Below, one piece after another: positions 8,450-18,615 of a DNA stretch of 64,000 nucleotides. Location of the stretch: positions 19,864-83,863 of the forward strand of contig CALIBI010000007.1 in assembly GCA_938045815.1 (NCBI GenBank). The letters are read 5' to 3'. Source of the stretch: an uncultured Sulfolobales archaeon. GTDB taxonomy: Archaea; Thermoproteota; Thermoprotei_A; Sulfolobales; NBVN01. The notes under the pieces were generated by a model that saw nothing but the letters and a program-made list of their open reading frames with translations, had not been told where the DNA came from and searched no databases. Within the stretch, counting starts at the first letter, position 1, and every line of letters begins with the position of its first letter. The translations under genes and the position numbers were made by a program.

Positions 8450-9646
8450 TCATGAGCTAGTCTTAATTACAGCTCTCGAAGAAACTAGAGTTGTTACTAA
8501 TATGGAAGCTAGAGTTGTTGGTAAGCCTCCTAAAGCTATTAAATAACCAGATGTTAAAGCACCCACCATGCTTGAGAACTCAGATACTATAGAGTAAGTT
8601 GACGGGTTACTAGCTAGTGATGCTTCTATATATAGAGAGTAAAGCTTAGCGTCTAGAACTACGTTGAATAAGTAAGTTAATGCTAAAGCGATTATTAATT
8701 CATGATTACGTGTTAGGAGAGAACTCACAAAGAAAGCCATAACTAAGAGTCTCAACATTAACACTGTTACTGCTAGTCTCCTACTAAAGTAGCTAGGAAA
8801 GAAATACAAAGAAATAGAAGCCGCTATCTTCGCGAGGCCGTAAATAGCTAGTACAGACTCACTACTCAATCCTAAGATTCTGAGAAGTATGAATGCTAAT
8901 GGAGTGAAAAAGAAAGAATTGCTTAATCTGAAACCAGCAACAGACATTAGAACCTCACCAACAGTAAGAGTGTGTCGAGTCTCTAACATGTACGAAAGTA
9001 TTCTCGCTTTAGAAGGAACGTAAAGTGGTTCATAACCTATAGACGAAAGAATACTGACTGATGAAAGCGATGAGTTGAGGTTTTTCTCTATCCTAAATAT
9101 GTCTCTAGAGAAAGATAACTTGCCAGACGGCATGAACAGAAATAAAAGAGTGCCTGTCGCGAGGAAGACAACCGAAAAAACAGTTCTTGAGTTAATCAGG
9201 GATGCTAACGTAAATAAGGAAGTTCCGTAAAGAAAAATCCCATCAAAAAACATGGAGAATTGGAAGAACACCCTGTTAGTGTCATTCCATTCCTCGCTCT
9301 CCAAACTATTAAGAATGGTTACTGAGATACTATTCCTAATCAAGGCAACACTAAGTGAGTGGAGTATTTGAGAAATAACAAGATAGTAGAAGTTCTCAGG
9401 CGTGAATAAGAAAGTGAAGAGCAGTAACGTAGCTAATATCGAGAGAACTACTAGAGGTCTAGAACCTTTGTTCTCGGCAACTCTTGAAGCAATTCTTGAA
9501 GCTACTATATACACAAAAATCCACAAACCATTAAGTAGTCCTAAAGTAATAGCATCGACTCTGTAATAATTAATAGCTATTAAATCAATAACTACATCAG
9601 TAAGCCCTAAAAACGCAACAAACATTGATGAGAGCAGTAACCACAC
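8450..9646 (-). CDS. MFS-type transporter (family call by topology)
   Basis: 398 aa, about 12 hydrophobic segments in two halves. No diagnostic motif recognised. Confidence 0.5.
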   Translation of the reverse strand: MWLLLSSMFVAFLGLTDVVIDLIAINYYRVDAITLGLLNGLWIFVYIVASRIASRVAENKGSRPLVVLSILATLLLFTFLFTPENFYYLVISQILHSLSVALIRNSISVTILNSLESEEWNDTNRVFFQFSMFFDGIFLYGTSLFTLASLINSRTVFSVVFLATGTLLFLFMPSGKLSFSRDIFRIEKNLNSSLSSVSILSSIGYEPLYVPSKARILSYMLETRHTLTVGEVLMSVAGFRLSNSFFFTPLAFILLRILGLSSESVLAIYGLAKIAASISLYFFPSYFSRRLAVTVLMLRLLVMAFFVSSLLTRNHELIIALALTYLFNVVLDAKLYSLYIEASLASNPSTYSIVSEFSSMVGALTSGYLIALGGLPTTLASILVTTLVSSRAVIKTSS

Positions 9647-9738
9647 TGGTTATTACTCCTCCTTAATAGATCTGGAAATCCTAAACCTTTTAAGAGTTTT
9701 TCCCTGACGGGGATCTTTTACCTAGCGAATAATGTAGG

Positions 9739-10002
9739 TCAACCGCCCTCGTATAATGGCGGCATTAACGTGACTTTATCATTATCCTTTAAGATTTTAC
9801 TTAATGAAGCTTCCTCATCATTCACGAAGACCTGAATTAGGGGAACAGAACCAGCGAGTTCTTTGAGGGATGGTCTCGTAGAACTTAAGAACTTGATTAG
9901 TTCCTCTACGGTAGCATTATCTGAAGGCACATCAACAACTTCCGTGTGAAGACCGATTAAGTCAGCTAAAAACCCTATATAAGTTACTCTCACCTTAACC
10001 AT
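9739..10002 (-). CDS. MoaD/ThiS-family ubiquitin-like beta-grasp protein with C-terminal Gly-Gly
   Basis: 87 aa, ends ...LMPPLYEGG. TTTAAGAATAT element about 25 nt upstream of the ATG (leaderless-type). Confidence 0.75.
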   Translation of the reverse strand: MVKVRVTYIGFLADLIGLHTEVVDVPSDNATVEELIKFLSSTRPSLKELAGSVPLIQVFVNDEEASLSKILKDNDKVTLMPPLYEGG

Positions 10003-10225
10003 TTTAATCCCTCAGCAGATATTCTTAAATTGTGCTTCTCATACGTTGTTTTTTGCTGGTTTTCGTGCTTAACGACTCCAGTCACGTGACTTGAGATGTT
10101 GCTTACGTCGATACACAGAACTACCGCGAAAATCGGCTCTCACCACCTAAAACTAAAAACAAGTCAAAACTTATAAAATCGCGATATGACATTAAGCTCG
10201 CGTTTATGCGAATTAGTGAGTTTTA

Positions 10226-10284
10226 CACGCTCAGTGCTCGAGTCCCCAATCATTTTTCAGCGGAGTTCAACTCATCATAGCATG
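10226..10284 (-). ncRNA. C/D box sRNA (2'-O-methylation guide)
   Basis: Minus-strand read: CAUGC-U-[AUGAUGA]-GUUGAACUCCG-[CUGA]-AAA-[AUGAUUG]-GGGACUCGAGCA-[CUGA]-GCGUG. Boxes C, D', C' (degenerate) and D; spacers of 11 and 12 nt; pairing termini CAUGC/GCGUG. Confidence 0.75.
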
Positions 10285-10304
10285 AAGTTATTTCTTTGAA
10301 AACT

Positions 10305-10313
10305 AATATTTAT
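10305..10313 (-). promoter_or_regulatory. TATA-like box for the C/D sRNA
   Basis: ATAAATATT on the minus strand, centred about 25 nt upstream of the predicted sRNA 5' end (10284). Confidence 0.5.
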
Positions 10314-10335
10314 GTTAAGCTAACTTATGCTGAGT

Positions 10336-11670
10336 TCACGCTCCGGCTATCTTAACTTCCCTGAACTTCAGGGAAGGTGCTGAGACTCCGTATTCTATCC
10401 TTAGATCTTTTCCTACAGCTTCTATGCGGTGCTTAAGTAACTCATAAATATTTGCAGTGATCACCGCGCCCTTAATAGGTTTGATTATCCTCCCTTCACG
10501 TATTAAGTAAGCGTGTGTTATAGTAGCGTTTAAGTGACCGCTTACTGGGTTGGAGAGCCACTCACCTATAGTATCCATCACTAATATACCTTTCTTCGTT
10601 TCACCAATTAACTCGTCTAGTAGTGCCTCACGAGGCATTAAGCGTAGGTGATGTGGTTGTGGTGTAGGAACTGTTGAGAACGTTCTTGAAGCGTTGCCTG
10701 TAGATTTCTTACCTTCTTTTAGGGCTGTGTAGGTATCGTAGAGATACGTTTTAAGAACACCCTTCTCGAAAATAACGGTGTCTCTTGTTGGATGACCTTC
10801 ATCATCAAAAGGTTTAGAACCTAGTGCTTCAGGCGAAGTACCTAAATCTACTATGCTCACGAACTCAGAGACTAATTCTTCTCCTAGTTTCCCACTAAGT
10901 GGAGATCTACCTTGCTGAACATTCAGAGCCGAAATCGCGGGAGCGATCATGACAGGCAGTATGGAACTCACTACACGATTGAGTAAGATTAGTTCGTAAG
11001 TACCGCTTGGAAGTCCCCCCGCATCAAGAAATTCCCTAGCTTTACTTCCCGCCTCAAAACCAACAACCCTAGCTTTTAGCTTCTTAAAGCTTCTCTGCAC
11101 ATCATGCTCGCTATATGTCCCTGTCTTACCCCCCTCATCAACCCTAGCATAAACGTAGAGACTTGATGTAGTTTCAGTTCTGGTTAGAGGACCACCATAG
11201 CAGTTCATGTAAGTGATCTCCACAGACCTGGCTGACACAGCACCCCTAACAGGTCTTGCATTCCTGTAGCCCTCCCTAACTGAGTCGAGAAGTTCCGTAG
11301 CTACCTGACCCAGATCCTCAGGTGTTGCGTACGCGGTGTCTTTATCAAATAGGTTGCCTAGCTGGGTCTGCGAAACATTCTTATTCATGCTAACCCAGCC
11401 AGGGTCTGGAGAACTAACTCTCGCGATAGATATAGCTGAATTTAATGTTTTCTCAATACCTTCGTTACTTAGGTCTTGAGTACCCACGACAGCGACAGAC
11501 TTGTTAATAGTTACTCTCAAACCTAGTGAGGAAAGCTTAGTGGATTTAGAAGCTTCAATTACGTCTGATAAAGTGAGTGTGGTTTCAGAAACTCTCGCTA
11601 GGTATACTTCTACCTCAGAAACGCCTAAGCTAATAGCTCTCTTAATTATTTTTTCTAGGTCCATAATCAA
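10336..11670 (-). CDS. pmbA: PmbA/TldE metalloprotease partner (pair A)
   Basis: 444 aa, TldD/PmbA-fold length and C-terminal GxxxxAPS..F.E block. Start (TTG 11670 or ATG 11664) overlaps or abuts the tldD stop. Confidence 0.8.
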   Translation of the reverse strand: MIMDLEKIIKRAISLGVSEVEVYLARVSETTLTLSDVIEASKSTKLSSLGLRVTINKSVAVVGTQDLSNEGIEKTLNSAISIARVSSPDPGWVSMNKNVSQTQLGNLFDKDTAYATPEDLGQVATELLDSVREGYRNARPVRGAVSARSVEITYMNCYGGPLTRTETTSSLYVYARVDEGGKTGTYSEHDVQRSFKKLKARVVGFEAGSKAREFLDAGGLPSGTYELILLNRVVSSILPVMIAPAISALNVQQGRSPLSGKLGEELVSEFVSIVDLGTSPEALGSKPFDDEGHPTRDTVIFEKGVLKTYLYDTYTALKEGKKSTGNASRTFSTVPTPQPHHLRLMPREALLDELIGETKKGILVMDTIGEWLSNPVSGHLNATITHAYLIREGRIIKPIKGAVITANIYELLKHRIEAVGKDLRIEYGVSAPSLKFREVKIAGA

Positions 11671-13055
11671 TCACCACCTACTATCAACTCCTTAATAAGG
11701 ATATGGGGTCCCCCGTCACCCACCCTCACCATTTGAGAGTCTTTGCCGCACCCACCGAAAACTGACGTAGTTATTCTTAGGGCTTTACCTACAGCCTCTA
11801 CACCCCTTAAAGTATCAAGTATAGAGCCAGAAACAACAACTCCTCTTACAAGTCCCCCTAACTCACCACCCCTTATGATCCTCGAAGGTCCTGCAGAGAA
11901 AGTGAAAGTTCCTGCACCAGTATCCACCTGACCTCCACTGCTCCCCCTACCAACTAGGTATAAGCCCTCCTTAACTTCCTTGATCATCTCCTCAAGACTC
12001 CAGTCACCCGGCATCATGAAGAAGTTTGTTTGTCTCACTATAGGCATGTGTGAGAAGTCTTGTGCTCTCCCATTACCCGACACCGGCAGGTTAAGTCGTG
12101 CTGCACTCTCCCTGTTAGTTAAGAAAGACTTGAGCAATCCGTTCTCAACTACAACGGTCCTCGTCTTAAAGCTACCCTCATCATCAAAGGGAACATAATA
12201 ACCTCCTTCAACAACTCCGTCATCAACTATGGTTACTAGTGATGAAGCTACCTCCTCACCGAGCCTGTTCTTAAGTATTGAAGTACCTGAAGCTACTAAG
12301 TCACCTTCTGTTGCATGCCCGAAAGCTTCGTGAAGTATCAGCCCAACCATCTCAGGATCAGCAATAACTTTCATTTTCCCCGCAGGCGGTAATGGGGCTT
12401 TAACTGCTTCTTTAGCGAGTTTACTGACCTCCCGTGCGAATTCTTCCCAGTCTTTCTTCTCAACGAACTCCCATCCTGATACTAGGGATTCCTGGTTAGA
12501 AACTCTCTCCATAGAACCTGACTCAACAGCAATACTGAGGTGTGCTACCCCGATCAAGTAGGACTCATACTCTAGCTCCGCACCATCAGTACTTACTACA
12601 TATCTCCAGTCGTGCTGAATACCAAGCCTACTCACAGAAGATTTTATTCCCTCTATACTTAATCCTGCCTTATTAGCTCTACTCACTAACTCTCTTTTTA
12701 TTTCATCCGAGACTTCCTCCGGTCTAATCTTCCACGAGGACGTATACCTACCCTTACCAGGCTTTCTCTCACCTAGAGTTCCTACCTTCTTAGAAACACG
12801 TGCAGCCGCGATAGCTCTAGAAACTGTCTCTCTAATACTGTCTTTACCTAACTCGTTAGTGGAGGAAAAACCGAAACTACCGTTATAGAGAACCCTAACA
12901 CCTAATCCTGCTCTGTAAGCTTTCGAGAACTCTCTTAAAACACCATTATCAACAGTAACTAACTCGTACGAGACTAGCTGCGTCCTAACTTCAGCATATG
13001 AAACTCCCAGAATCTCGGCTATTCTCAACGCCTCCAGAGCTAAGTCCCTCAACAA
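11667..13055 (-). CDS. tldD: TldD metalloprotease (pair A)
   Basis: 462 aa. HEAFGHATEGD (HExxxH) motif; FDDEG and GGQV blocks. Confidence 0.85.
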   Translation of the reverse strand: MLRDLALEALRIAEILGVSYAEVRTQLVSYELVTVDNGVLREFSKAYRAGLGVRVLYNGSFGFSSTNELGKDSIRETVSRAIAAARVSKKVGTLGERKPGKGRYTSSWKIRPEEVSDEIKRELVSRANKAGLSIEGIKSSVSRLGIQHDWRYVVSTDGAELEYESYLIGVAHLSIAVESGSMERVSNQESLVSGWEFVEKKDWEEFAREVSKLAKEAVKAPLPPAGKMKVIADPEMVGLILHEAFGHATEGDLVASGTSILKNRLGEEVASSLVTIVDDGVVEGGYYVPFDDEGSFKTRTVVVENGLLKSFLTNRESAARLNLPVSGNGRAQDFSHMPIVRQTNFFMMPGDWSLEEMIKEVKEGLYLVGRGSSGGQVDTGAGTFTFSAGPSRIIRGGELGGLVRGVVVSGSILDTLRGVEAVGKALRITTSVFGGCGKDSQMVRVGDGGPHILIKELIVGGD

Positions 13056-13117
13056 CTAATTACACCATAAAAACTATATTACTTAACTCAAATAAATTTA
13101 ACTTCAACGTAAAAAAA

Positions 13118-13573
13118 TTATATAGAGAAACCATAATTGCTAATGTACACGTAGTACGCCACAATACCTAAAACAAGAAACAACATGTTAACCGCGTTAC
13201 TACTAGACCTAAACAACCTGAGAGCTACTGGTGTCTTGATGATTGGGTATAAAGGTCTGAAAGGCATCTTAGTTAGTAAATCACATAGTAGGTGTGTTGT
13301 GAAAGCAATCAAAAACGAAAAAGTTACTACCCTAAAACTAAAACCTAAGTAACTTGCTAGGTAGCCAGCCGCTAAAGAGATTACTAAGCCGAAGAAAATA
13401 TTGTGAGTTATTTTTCTGTGTGGTAATTCAAGCCTTAAATCTATGTCTGGTAGGGAAGAAAGAACTGATGATATAATCAAGATTCTGTTAATTTCTACTC
13501 CTGATAAACCCATCAAGTAAAAGAGGGTTGACGTAATGAGAAGATTAAAACCTAGGTGACCTCTCCAATCCAA
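13118..13573 (-). CDS. Membrane-bound metal-dependent hydrolase, DUF457/YdjM family
   Basis: 151 aa, 4-5 TM. His/Asp pattern PDIDL..H..THN and THLLCD. Confidence 0.55.
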   Translation of the reverse strand: MDWRGHLGFNLLITSTLFYLMGLSGVEINRILIISSVLSSLPDIDLRLELPHRKITHNIFFGLVISLAAGYLASYLGFSFRVVTFSFLIAFTTHLLCDLLTKMPFRPLYPIIKTPVALRLFRSSSNAVNMLFLVLGIVAYYVYISNYGFSI

Positions 13574-13576
13574 TCC

Positions 13577-13930
13577 TCATACCTCGTCTTCCTGATATTC
13601 AGGGGAGGAAGAAACCAACTCACCTCTCAAATATTTTTCGAGTCCTTCCTTGATGGTGCCCTTAAACCCCTGAATAACCTCAATACCTAGAACCAGCAGA
13701 TATGCTTTGCTGAAGTAATCGATCAAATCACAAATCACTACGTTCCCACTCTTCCTTCTTACTACGGATGCAGGAGACTCGTACTCCTTTACGTAGACGT
13801 AACTTGACTCGTTAATACTCCCATCATCAGTTACTTCAACAAAAACCAGATAATGCGCGTCTTTGAAGTTCTCACTAACTAATGATTGAAGACCTTCATA
13901 CTTACTAACCGGGAATGCTATCTTCATCAA
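13577..13930 (-). CDS. NifX/NifB-C-like (dinitrogenase FeMo-cofactor-binding fold) small protein
   Basis: 117 aa. MKIAFP...VSENF.DA.Y.VFVEV...GIEVIQG..GTI.EGL.KYLRGEL pattern. Confidence 0.5.
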   Translation of the reverse strand: MMKIAFPVSKYEGLQSLVSENFKDAHYLVFVEVTDDGSINESSYVYVKEYESPASVVRRKSGNVVICDLIDYFSKAYLLVLGIEVIQGFKGTIKEGLEKYLRGELVSSSPEYQEDEV

Positions 13931-14033
13931 TTCTCCTAACCTCTAATATAGGTGTTAGGTAGTAGATTTTAATTTAAACTACCACGTACTAGGTGTTTTT
14001 AATTTCTTACCCCCTACATGCTTAGGGATGTGA

Positions 14034-14804
14034 GTGAAGATATTAGTGTCAAACGATGACGGGTATTTAAGTCCTGGACTCTATATCCTTGCAGAATCTG
14101 TTAAGGATTTAGGTGAGGTTGTCATAACGTCTACGGAGTTTCCTAGGTCAGCTACTGGTCGAGAAATAACTTTTAATAGACCGCTCCGCTTATTAAAGAA
14201 GAAATGGCTTAACTGGTATGTTTACGTGTGTGACGGAACACCTATAGATTCGCTTCACTTAGTTATTGAGATACTTAGGTTCAAGCCTGACATAGTTTTA
14301 TCAGGTATTAACGTTGGTGATAATTTATCGCTTCAACACATATTCTATAGTGGTACCGTAGCCATAGCTATTGAAGCAGCACTCATGGGCATACCTGCAA
14401 TGGCTTTCTCGTCAGACGTGGAAAGTTTTGAAGACTTTGAGCAGGAAGCTTTCAGAAAGACAAGCACAGTAATAGTTAGAAAAATTGTTGAGTATGTTGC
14501 TAGGAAGGGATTACCTACCGGTGTAGACGTGTTATCAATCAATATCCCGGTTAAGTTCAGGAACTGCATACACGTAACGAAAGCTACTAAAATTAGGTGG
14601 GAAGCCTCGTACAAGAAGAGCGTGGATCCGAGAGGTAGAGAATACTATTGGCTAGCTGGTATAAGAAGCGTTGCAGAACCTGAAAGTGATGTAAGCTTGT
14701 TCGAAAGAGGTTGCGTCACGATAACCCCCCTAAAAATAAATCTAAACGTAGATCAGGGAACCCTAGAAAAACTGAGTGAACTCGAAAACTTATTCGAGAC
14801 TTAA
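14034..14804 (+). CDS. surE: 5'/3'-nucleotidase SurE
   Basis: 256 aa, GTG start. MKILVSNDDG signature, GINVG, YSGTV. Confidence 0.88.
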   Translation: MKILVSNDDGYLSPGLYILAESVKDLGEVVITSTEFPRSATGREITFNRPLRLLKKKWLNWYVYVCDGTPIDSLHLVIEILRFKPDIVLSGINVGDNLSLQHIFYSGTVAIAIEAALMGIPAMAFSSDVESFEDFEQEAFRKTSTVIVRKIVEYVARKGLPTGVDVLSINIPVKFRNCIHVTKATKIRWEASYKKSVDPRGREYYWLAGIRSVAEPESDVSLFERGCVTITPLKINLNVDQGTLEKLSELENLFET

Positions 14805-14921
14805 TAATTACAACACTACTAGCATACTACAAGCTCCTACCCCCTGTAAGTAGTGAACCTGCTGTGTAGTAAGTCACGTTAAATATTTGGGTTAGTCACT
14901 ATAGTAATAGGGGTTTCATAA

Positions 14922-15827
14922 ATGTTTAGAGGAATAATAACCCCGATGATAACACCCTTCAATAAGAACTACGAGATAGATTACGTGGCTGTTGAGTGGT
15001 TGATTAATCACTTAATTAAGGGCGGCGTAAACGGTGTTTTCCCGAACTCAACTACTGGGGAATCAGCTAGTCTTTCATTGGAGGAGAAGAAAGAGTTGAT
15101 AAAGAAAGTGATTGAGTTAGTTGATGGGAGAGTTAAGGTTCTGCCAGGTATTGGTGGCAACACTACGTTAGAAGTGGTAATGCTCGGTAAGTTCGCTAAA
15201 GACTTGGGTGCTGATGGCGGCATAGTAATAACGCCTTACTTCTTTAAGCCGACGCCGGAAGAACTCAAGAAACATTATGGTAAGATTGCTGAGTCACTAG
15301 ACTTTCCACTCTTCGTGTATCACTTCCCAGCACTAACAGGGGTTTCTCTCCCAGTACAGGTAGTTAAGGAGCTAGCTCGCGAGTACAGCAATTTAGTAGG
15401 GATTAAGATAACTCATGATAGCCTTACCTACCTCAAGCAAATGATATGGGAGGTTAAGGAAGTTAGGAAAGACTTCTCAGTGTTTTCAGGTCTAGATCAG
15501 TATCTCTTAATTAACTTAATGATTGGTGGTGACGGAGGTGTTGTAGCGTTATCCAACCTAGCTCCCAAGCTCCATAAGAGTATCTACGATGCTTGGGTTT
15601 CAGGGGATTTAGCTAAATCATATAGTCTCTACCTGAAGCTCCTGAAACTTTCTAAGCTAATAGAATCAGGAACCTCAACCATAGCAGCTATTAAAGCAGC
15701 ACTCTCAATAGTGGGAGCACCTATAGAACCCGTTCTCAGACCCCCATTAAGTGAGGAGAAAGCAGATTTTATAATGTTTGCGAAAGAATTATTAGGTGAT
15801 TTCATTAACTATATTTTTAGAGCCTAA
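14922..15827 (+). CDS. DapA-family lyase (dihydrodipicolinate synthase / KD(P)G aldolase-like)
   Basis: 301 aa. ITPMITPF, NSTTGE, Schiff-base Lys context VGIKITHDS. Confidence 0.8.
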   Translation: MFRGIITPMITPFNKNYEIDYVAVEWLINHLIKGGVNGVFPNSTTGESASLSLEEKKELIKKVIELVDGRVKVLPGIGGNTTLEVVMLGKFAKDLGADGGIVITPYFFKPTPEELKKHYGKIAESLDFPLFVYHFPALTGVSLPVQVVKELAREYSNLVGIKITHDSLTYLKQMIWEVKEVRKDFSVFSGLDQYLLINLMIGGDGGVVALSNLAPKLHKSIYDAWVSGDLAKSYSLYLKLLKLSKLIESGTSTIAAIKAALSIVGAPIEPVLRPPLSEEKADFIMFAKELLGDFINYIFRA

Positions 15828-15832
15828 ACTAC

Positions 15833-16756
15833 TTACTTAGTTTCGACTTTCCTAACATATAGCTCGTTGTCCAAGACAATTAACTCTATAAGGTCCTCGT
15901 TAATTAGCCACGCTATATAGGACTTAAGAGCTGAAACAATCAAAAGATAGTTAATCGTTGTTTGGGTAGCTAAAGCTAATTCTTTAAAAACACGCTTAAT
16001 TAACTCGTTTAAGGAGAGCGTACCATCAGCACTCCTTAAAATCACACTCTTTATATCGGTTATCGTTTTAATGTTTTTACTTACTAGCTGTTGAGCTTCT
16101 TCTCTCTTAAGTATCTTTCCGTGAGAAGGAACTACTACCTCATAATTCTTTAGTACATCAACGTTAAGTTTCTCAAGAGTCTTTAAAGCTTCTTGAACGT
16201 TAAAGTGGTACGGAATCACATACTTCCCTATAACTTCATCAGGAAAGAATGCGTCAGCAGAGAATAACACATTACCAACACCTACACCTATCATCCCAAT
16301 ACTGTGACCCGGTAACTCCTCAATCCTCAAGAAAGGATATTCTTTAATTAACTTACTCACATCATCAACTGGAACACCCTCAGCTTCAATTAAGTGCTTC
16401 CTTAAGATTTCTGGGGGATACGCTCCGTAGAGATATATTGCCTCAGTTAAAGGTAATTCGATGAAAGGTTTCTCGAGAATTGATGAGTAGAAAACCACAT
16501 TACTCCTCTCTAGAATTATTTTATTACCACCTATGTGGTCTGCGTGGGAATGCGTATTTACTACAGCTCTAATCTTCAAACCCATATTTTTGAGTATATT
16601 GAATAATCTTCTTCCATGATCTCTACTAACTCCGGTATCAATAACGAGGCATTCCTCACCTTCAGTCATGATTACGCCTACGTTAGTGCGTCCTTCTAAA
16701 ACATATACATTCGCAGAAACTCGGGCAAGGCTCATAAGCATACCTCCACCTAACAT
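15833..16756 (-). CDS. MBL-fold metallo-hydrolase
   Basis: 307 aa. HSHADHIGG (HxHxDH). TTTATAG box about 25 nt upstream of the ATG. Confidence 0.8.
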   Translation of the reverse strand: MLGGGMLMSLARVSANVYVLEGRTNVGVIMTEGEECLVIDTGVSRDHGRRLFNILKNMGLKIRAVVNTHSHADHIGGNKIILERSNVVFYSSILEKPFIELPLTEAIYLYGAYPPEILRKHLIEAEGVPVDDVSKLIKEYPFLRIEELPGHSIGMIGVGVGNVLFSADAFFPDEVIGKYVIPYHFNVQEALKTLEKLNVDVLKNYEVVVPSHGKILKREEAQQLVSKNIKTITDIKSVILRSADGTLSLNELIKRVFKELALATQTTINYLLIVSALKSYIAWLINEDLIELIVLDNELYVRKVETK

Positions 16757-16867
16757 TATGGAATAGGACTATAAATAGAGCGTTAGGACTTGAAGAAAAT
16801 CTGCGTGATGGGTCAAGTCTTAATAGTTAAGAATCACGTATAGAGTCTTATTTAATAAAAAATTAAT

Positions 16868-18244
16868 TTAGCAGGTTGTGGTACTTAAGTACGTATTAAT
16901 GTCGTTCAGCAAGTTATTGAGTCTGGCTCTAAGCATGTACATTGTTTGAGGAACAGCATCCAATAATTCCTCTACGAACGCTTTCATGGCTTTTAGTATG
17001 TTTAGGTATGTCTGGCAGGGTATTCTTCCGCTATTGTACAACGTATTTAGGGTGATTAAAGATTCTTCAAGAATCGCTATTCTCCAGCTAAGTTTGGCCG
17101 AAGTCGCTACGTAGGTTCCGATTAATCTTCGTACACGTTCTCTGACACGCTCTCTGAGTCTCAAAGCTATTTCTTTAACTTCCTCTAACTCTCTTGATCT
17201 CCACTTAGCTAGACTTTTTAGCTGTTCGAAGAGGGGCTGCACTTCCTCTAACGCGTTGGAGAGTATTAAGAGAGCAGTATCTGGGTCGTTATTTTCTAGA
17301 GCTGTTCTGGCATCGTTAACACTATTCTTCAGTATTGTGGTGATCTCCTCACTCAGGTTCAGGATTTGAGAGTAGGTTGTGTCATTAGTTACATAAGGTC
17401 TCAAACGCTCAATCAAAGCTAGTATGGTTCCCGCCTTCTTAGAAGCAGCGTTGAGATGTTCTATCGCGTTTTCGTAATCTGATGCTTCTATTGATTCAGC
17501 GGATTCGCTAACTATGCGTATTAACGCATTAACTTGACCTACTAAAGATATTAAAACTCTTTCAGTACATACTACGACAACCCACTTAGTTTTTAATTCT
17601 ATTTTTAGTGCTTTATTAACGTTCTTTATAATATTATCGATCTCTACAATGATCTCCTTAGCTCTTGTTATATTGCCTTCAGCAAGTGCTTGCTTGCCTT
17701 CCTTAATTAGCTCGAGTGCTCTAGATATGTTGCTTGAAATCCACTCAGGAACTTCTACTCCTCTCTCAATCAACCAACTCACTGTAGCGTTTAACGACAG
17801 TAAAACTCTTTCTCTCACACGAAACTGAGCCTCAGTTCTCCTTACAGCAAAATCGTCCTTAACTGTCGGAGGTAGGTTCTGAATTACGTAAACATATATG
17901 GGAGTCACTAGTCTGGCAGCCTGAAGAACTTTACTTAAAGCTTCGGTTAGGTTAGTGTTCTTGAGTTCTTTCGCTTCATTTACCAGATTCTCTGCTTCTT
18001 CGAGAAGTGATGTCATGTTATTATCCAGAGATATGTTGTAGGTCTGGACGAAGCTCCTAATTCTAATAATTAGTAACTCAACCCTGGATATCAAGACTTC
18101 TACAGCGTGTTCAGGACCTCTACGAGTTTCTCCAACTGTTTGCGGAGCTTGAGCACTCACTACTATCGAGAAGACTGGAATAACTGAAGCTCCGATAGCT
18201 ACTAACAGAGCGAGAGCCAAGATCTTGTTCTTATAGGTATTCAC
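16868..18244 (-). CDS. Secreted all-alpha/coiled-coil protein, uncharacterised
   Basis: 458 aa. Signal peptide MNTYKNKILALALLVAIGASVIPVFSIVVSAQA. Many N-x-S/T sequons. Recurrent helical motif of the type AL..GN...A about every 60-110 aa. RERVRERVRR tract. Confidence 0.6.
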   Translation of the reverse strand: MNTYKNKILALALLVAIGASVIPVFSIVVSAQAPQTVGETRRGPEHAVEVLISRVELLIIRIRSFVQTYNISLDNNMTSLLEEAENLVNEAKELKNTNLTEALSKVLQAARLVTPIYVYVIQNLPPTVKDDFAVRRTEAQFRVRERVLLSLNATVSWLIERGVEVPEWISSNISRALELIKEGKQALAEGNITRAKEIIVEIDNIIKNVNKALKIELKTKWVVVVCTERVLISLVGQVNALIRIVSESAESIEASDYENAIEHLNAASKKAGTILALIERLRPYVTNDTTYSQILNLSEEITTILKNSVNDARTALENNDPDTALLILSNALEEVQPLFEQLKSLAKWRSRELEEVKEIALRLRERVRERVRRLIGTYVATSAKLSWRIAILEESLITLNTLYNSGRIPCQTYLNILKAMKAFVEELLDAVPQTMYMLRARLNNLLNDINTYLSTTTC

Positions 18245-18330
18245 CAGGTCTCACCTCACTAAAGTTCTCTACGTTATTTAATATTAGTAATACTGTGAAA
18301 CACTACTGCAACACGTTGCAAAACACTGCT

Positions 18331-18615
18331 TCAACTCTTAGAACACCTTAACTCATTAATTCTTTCTTCTATCTTCTTTATTCGTTGGCGGAGAGAAGTC
18401 AAGAGTTCCTCGAGATATCTTATCTCCTCCTCCTTACTCGGAAATTCAGGTACTTTAGGAGTTAGCCACCTCCAGTAGCAGCCTCTGAAAACCCATTCTG
18501 ATTTTTCGTAAGGAAACCTCCGAGCTGAAGTAAGAGTTTTAGGCCAGTAACTATATTTCCTCCAACTCAAAACACCCACCCCTACTAAAACACTCATTGA
18601 AGTGTTCTGAAACAC
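18331..18615 (-). CDS. Small protein with C-terminal coiled coil (DUF5320-like?)
   Basis: 94 aa from GTG 18615 (alt. ATG 18597). The tail SKEEEIRYLEELLTSLRQRIKKIEERINEL resembles the DUF5320 C-terminus. Weak call. Confidence 0.4.
   Translation of the reverse strand: MFQNTSMSVLVGVGVLSWRKYSYWPKTLTSARRFPYEKSEWVFRGCYWRWLTPKVPEFPSKEEEIRYLEELLTSLRQRIKKIEERINELRCSKS

Noticed and set aside
10080-10091. Perfect palindrome AGTCACGTGACT (extended CTCcAGTCACGTGACTtGAG) upstream of the moaD-like gene
   Set aside because: About 15 perfect 12-bp palindromes are expected by chance in 64 kb. Without conservation data it is not distinguishable from noise. It is noted only as a possible binding site.
11501-12198. 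Track ORFs 11501-11695, 11743-11931 and 11980-12198 (+)
   Set aside because: Antisense shadow ORFs within pmbA/tldD pair A, with no motifs and Ser/Pro/Thr-rich composition.
14345-15223. Track ORFs 14345-14614 and 15008-15223 (-)
   Set aside because: Antisense to surE and to the DapA-family gene respectively.
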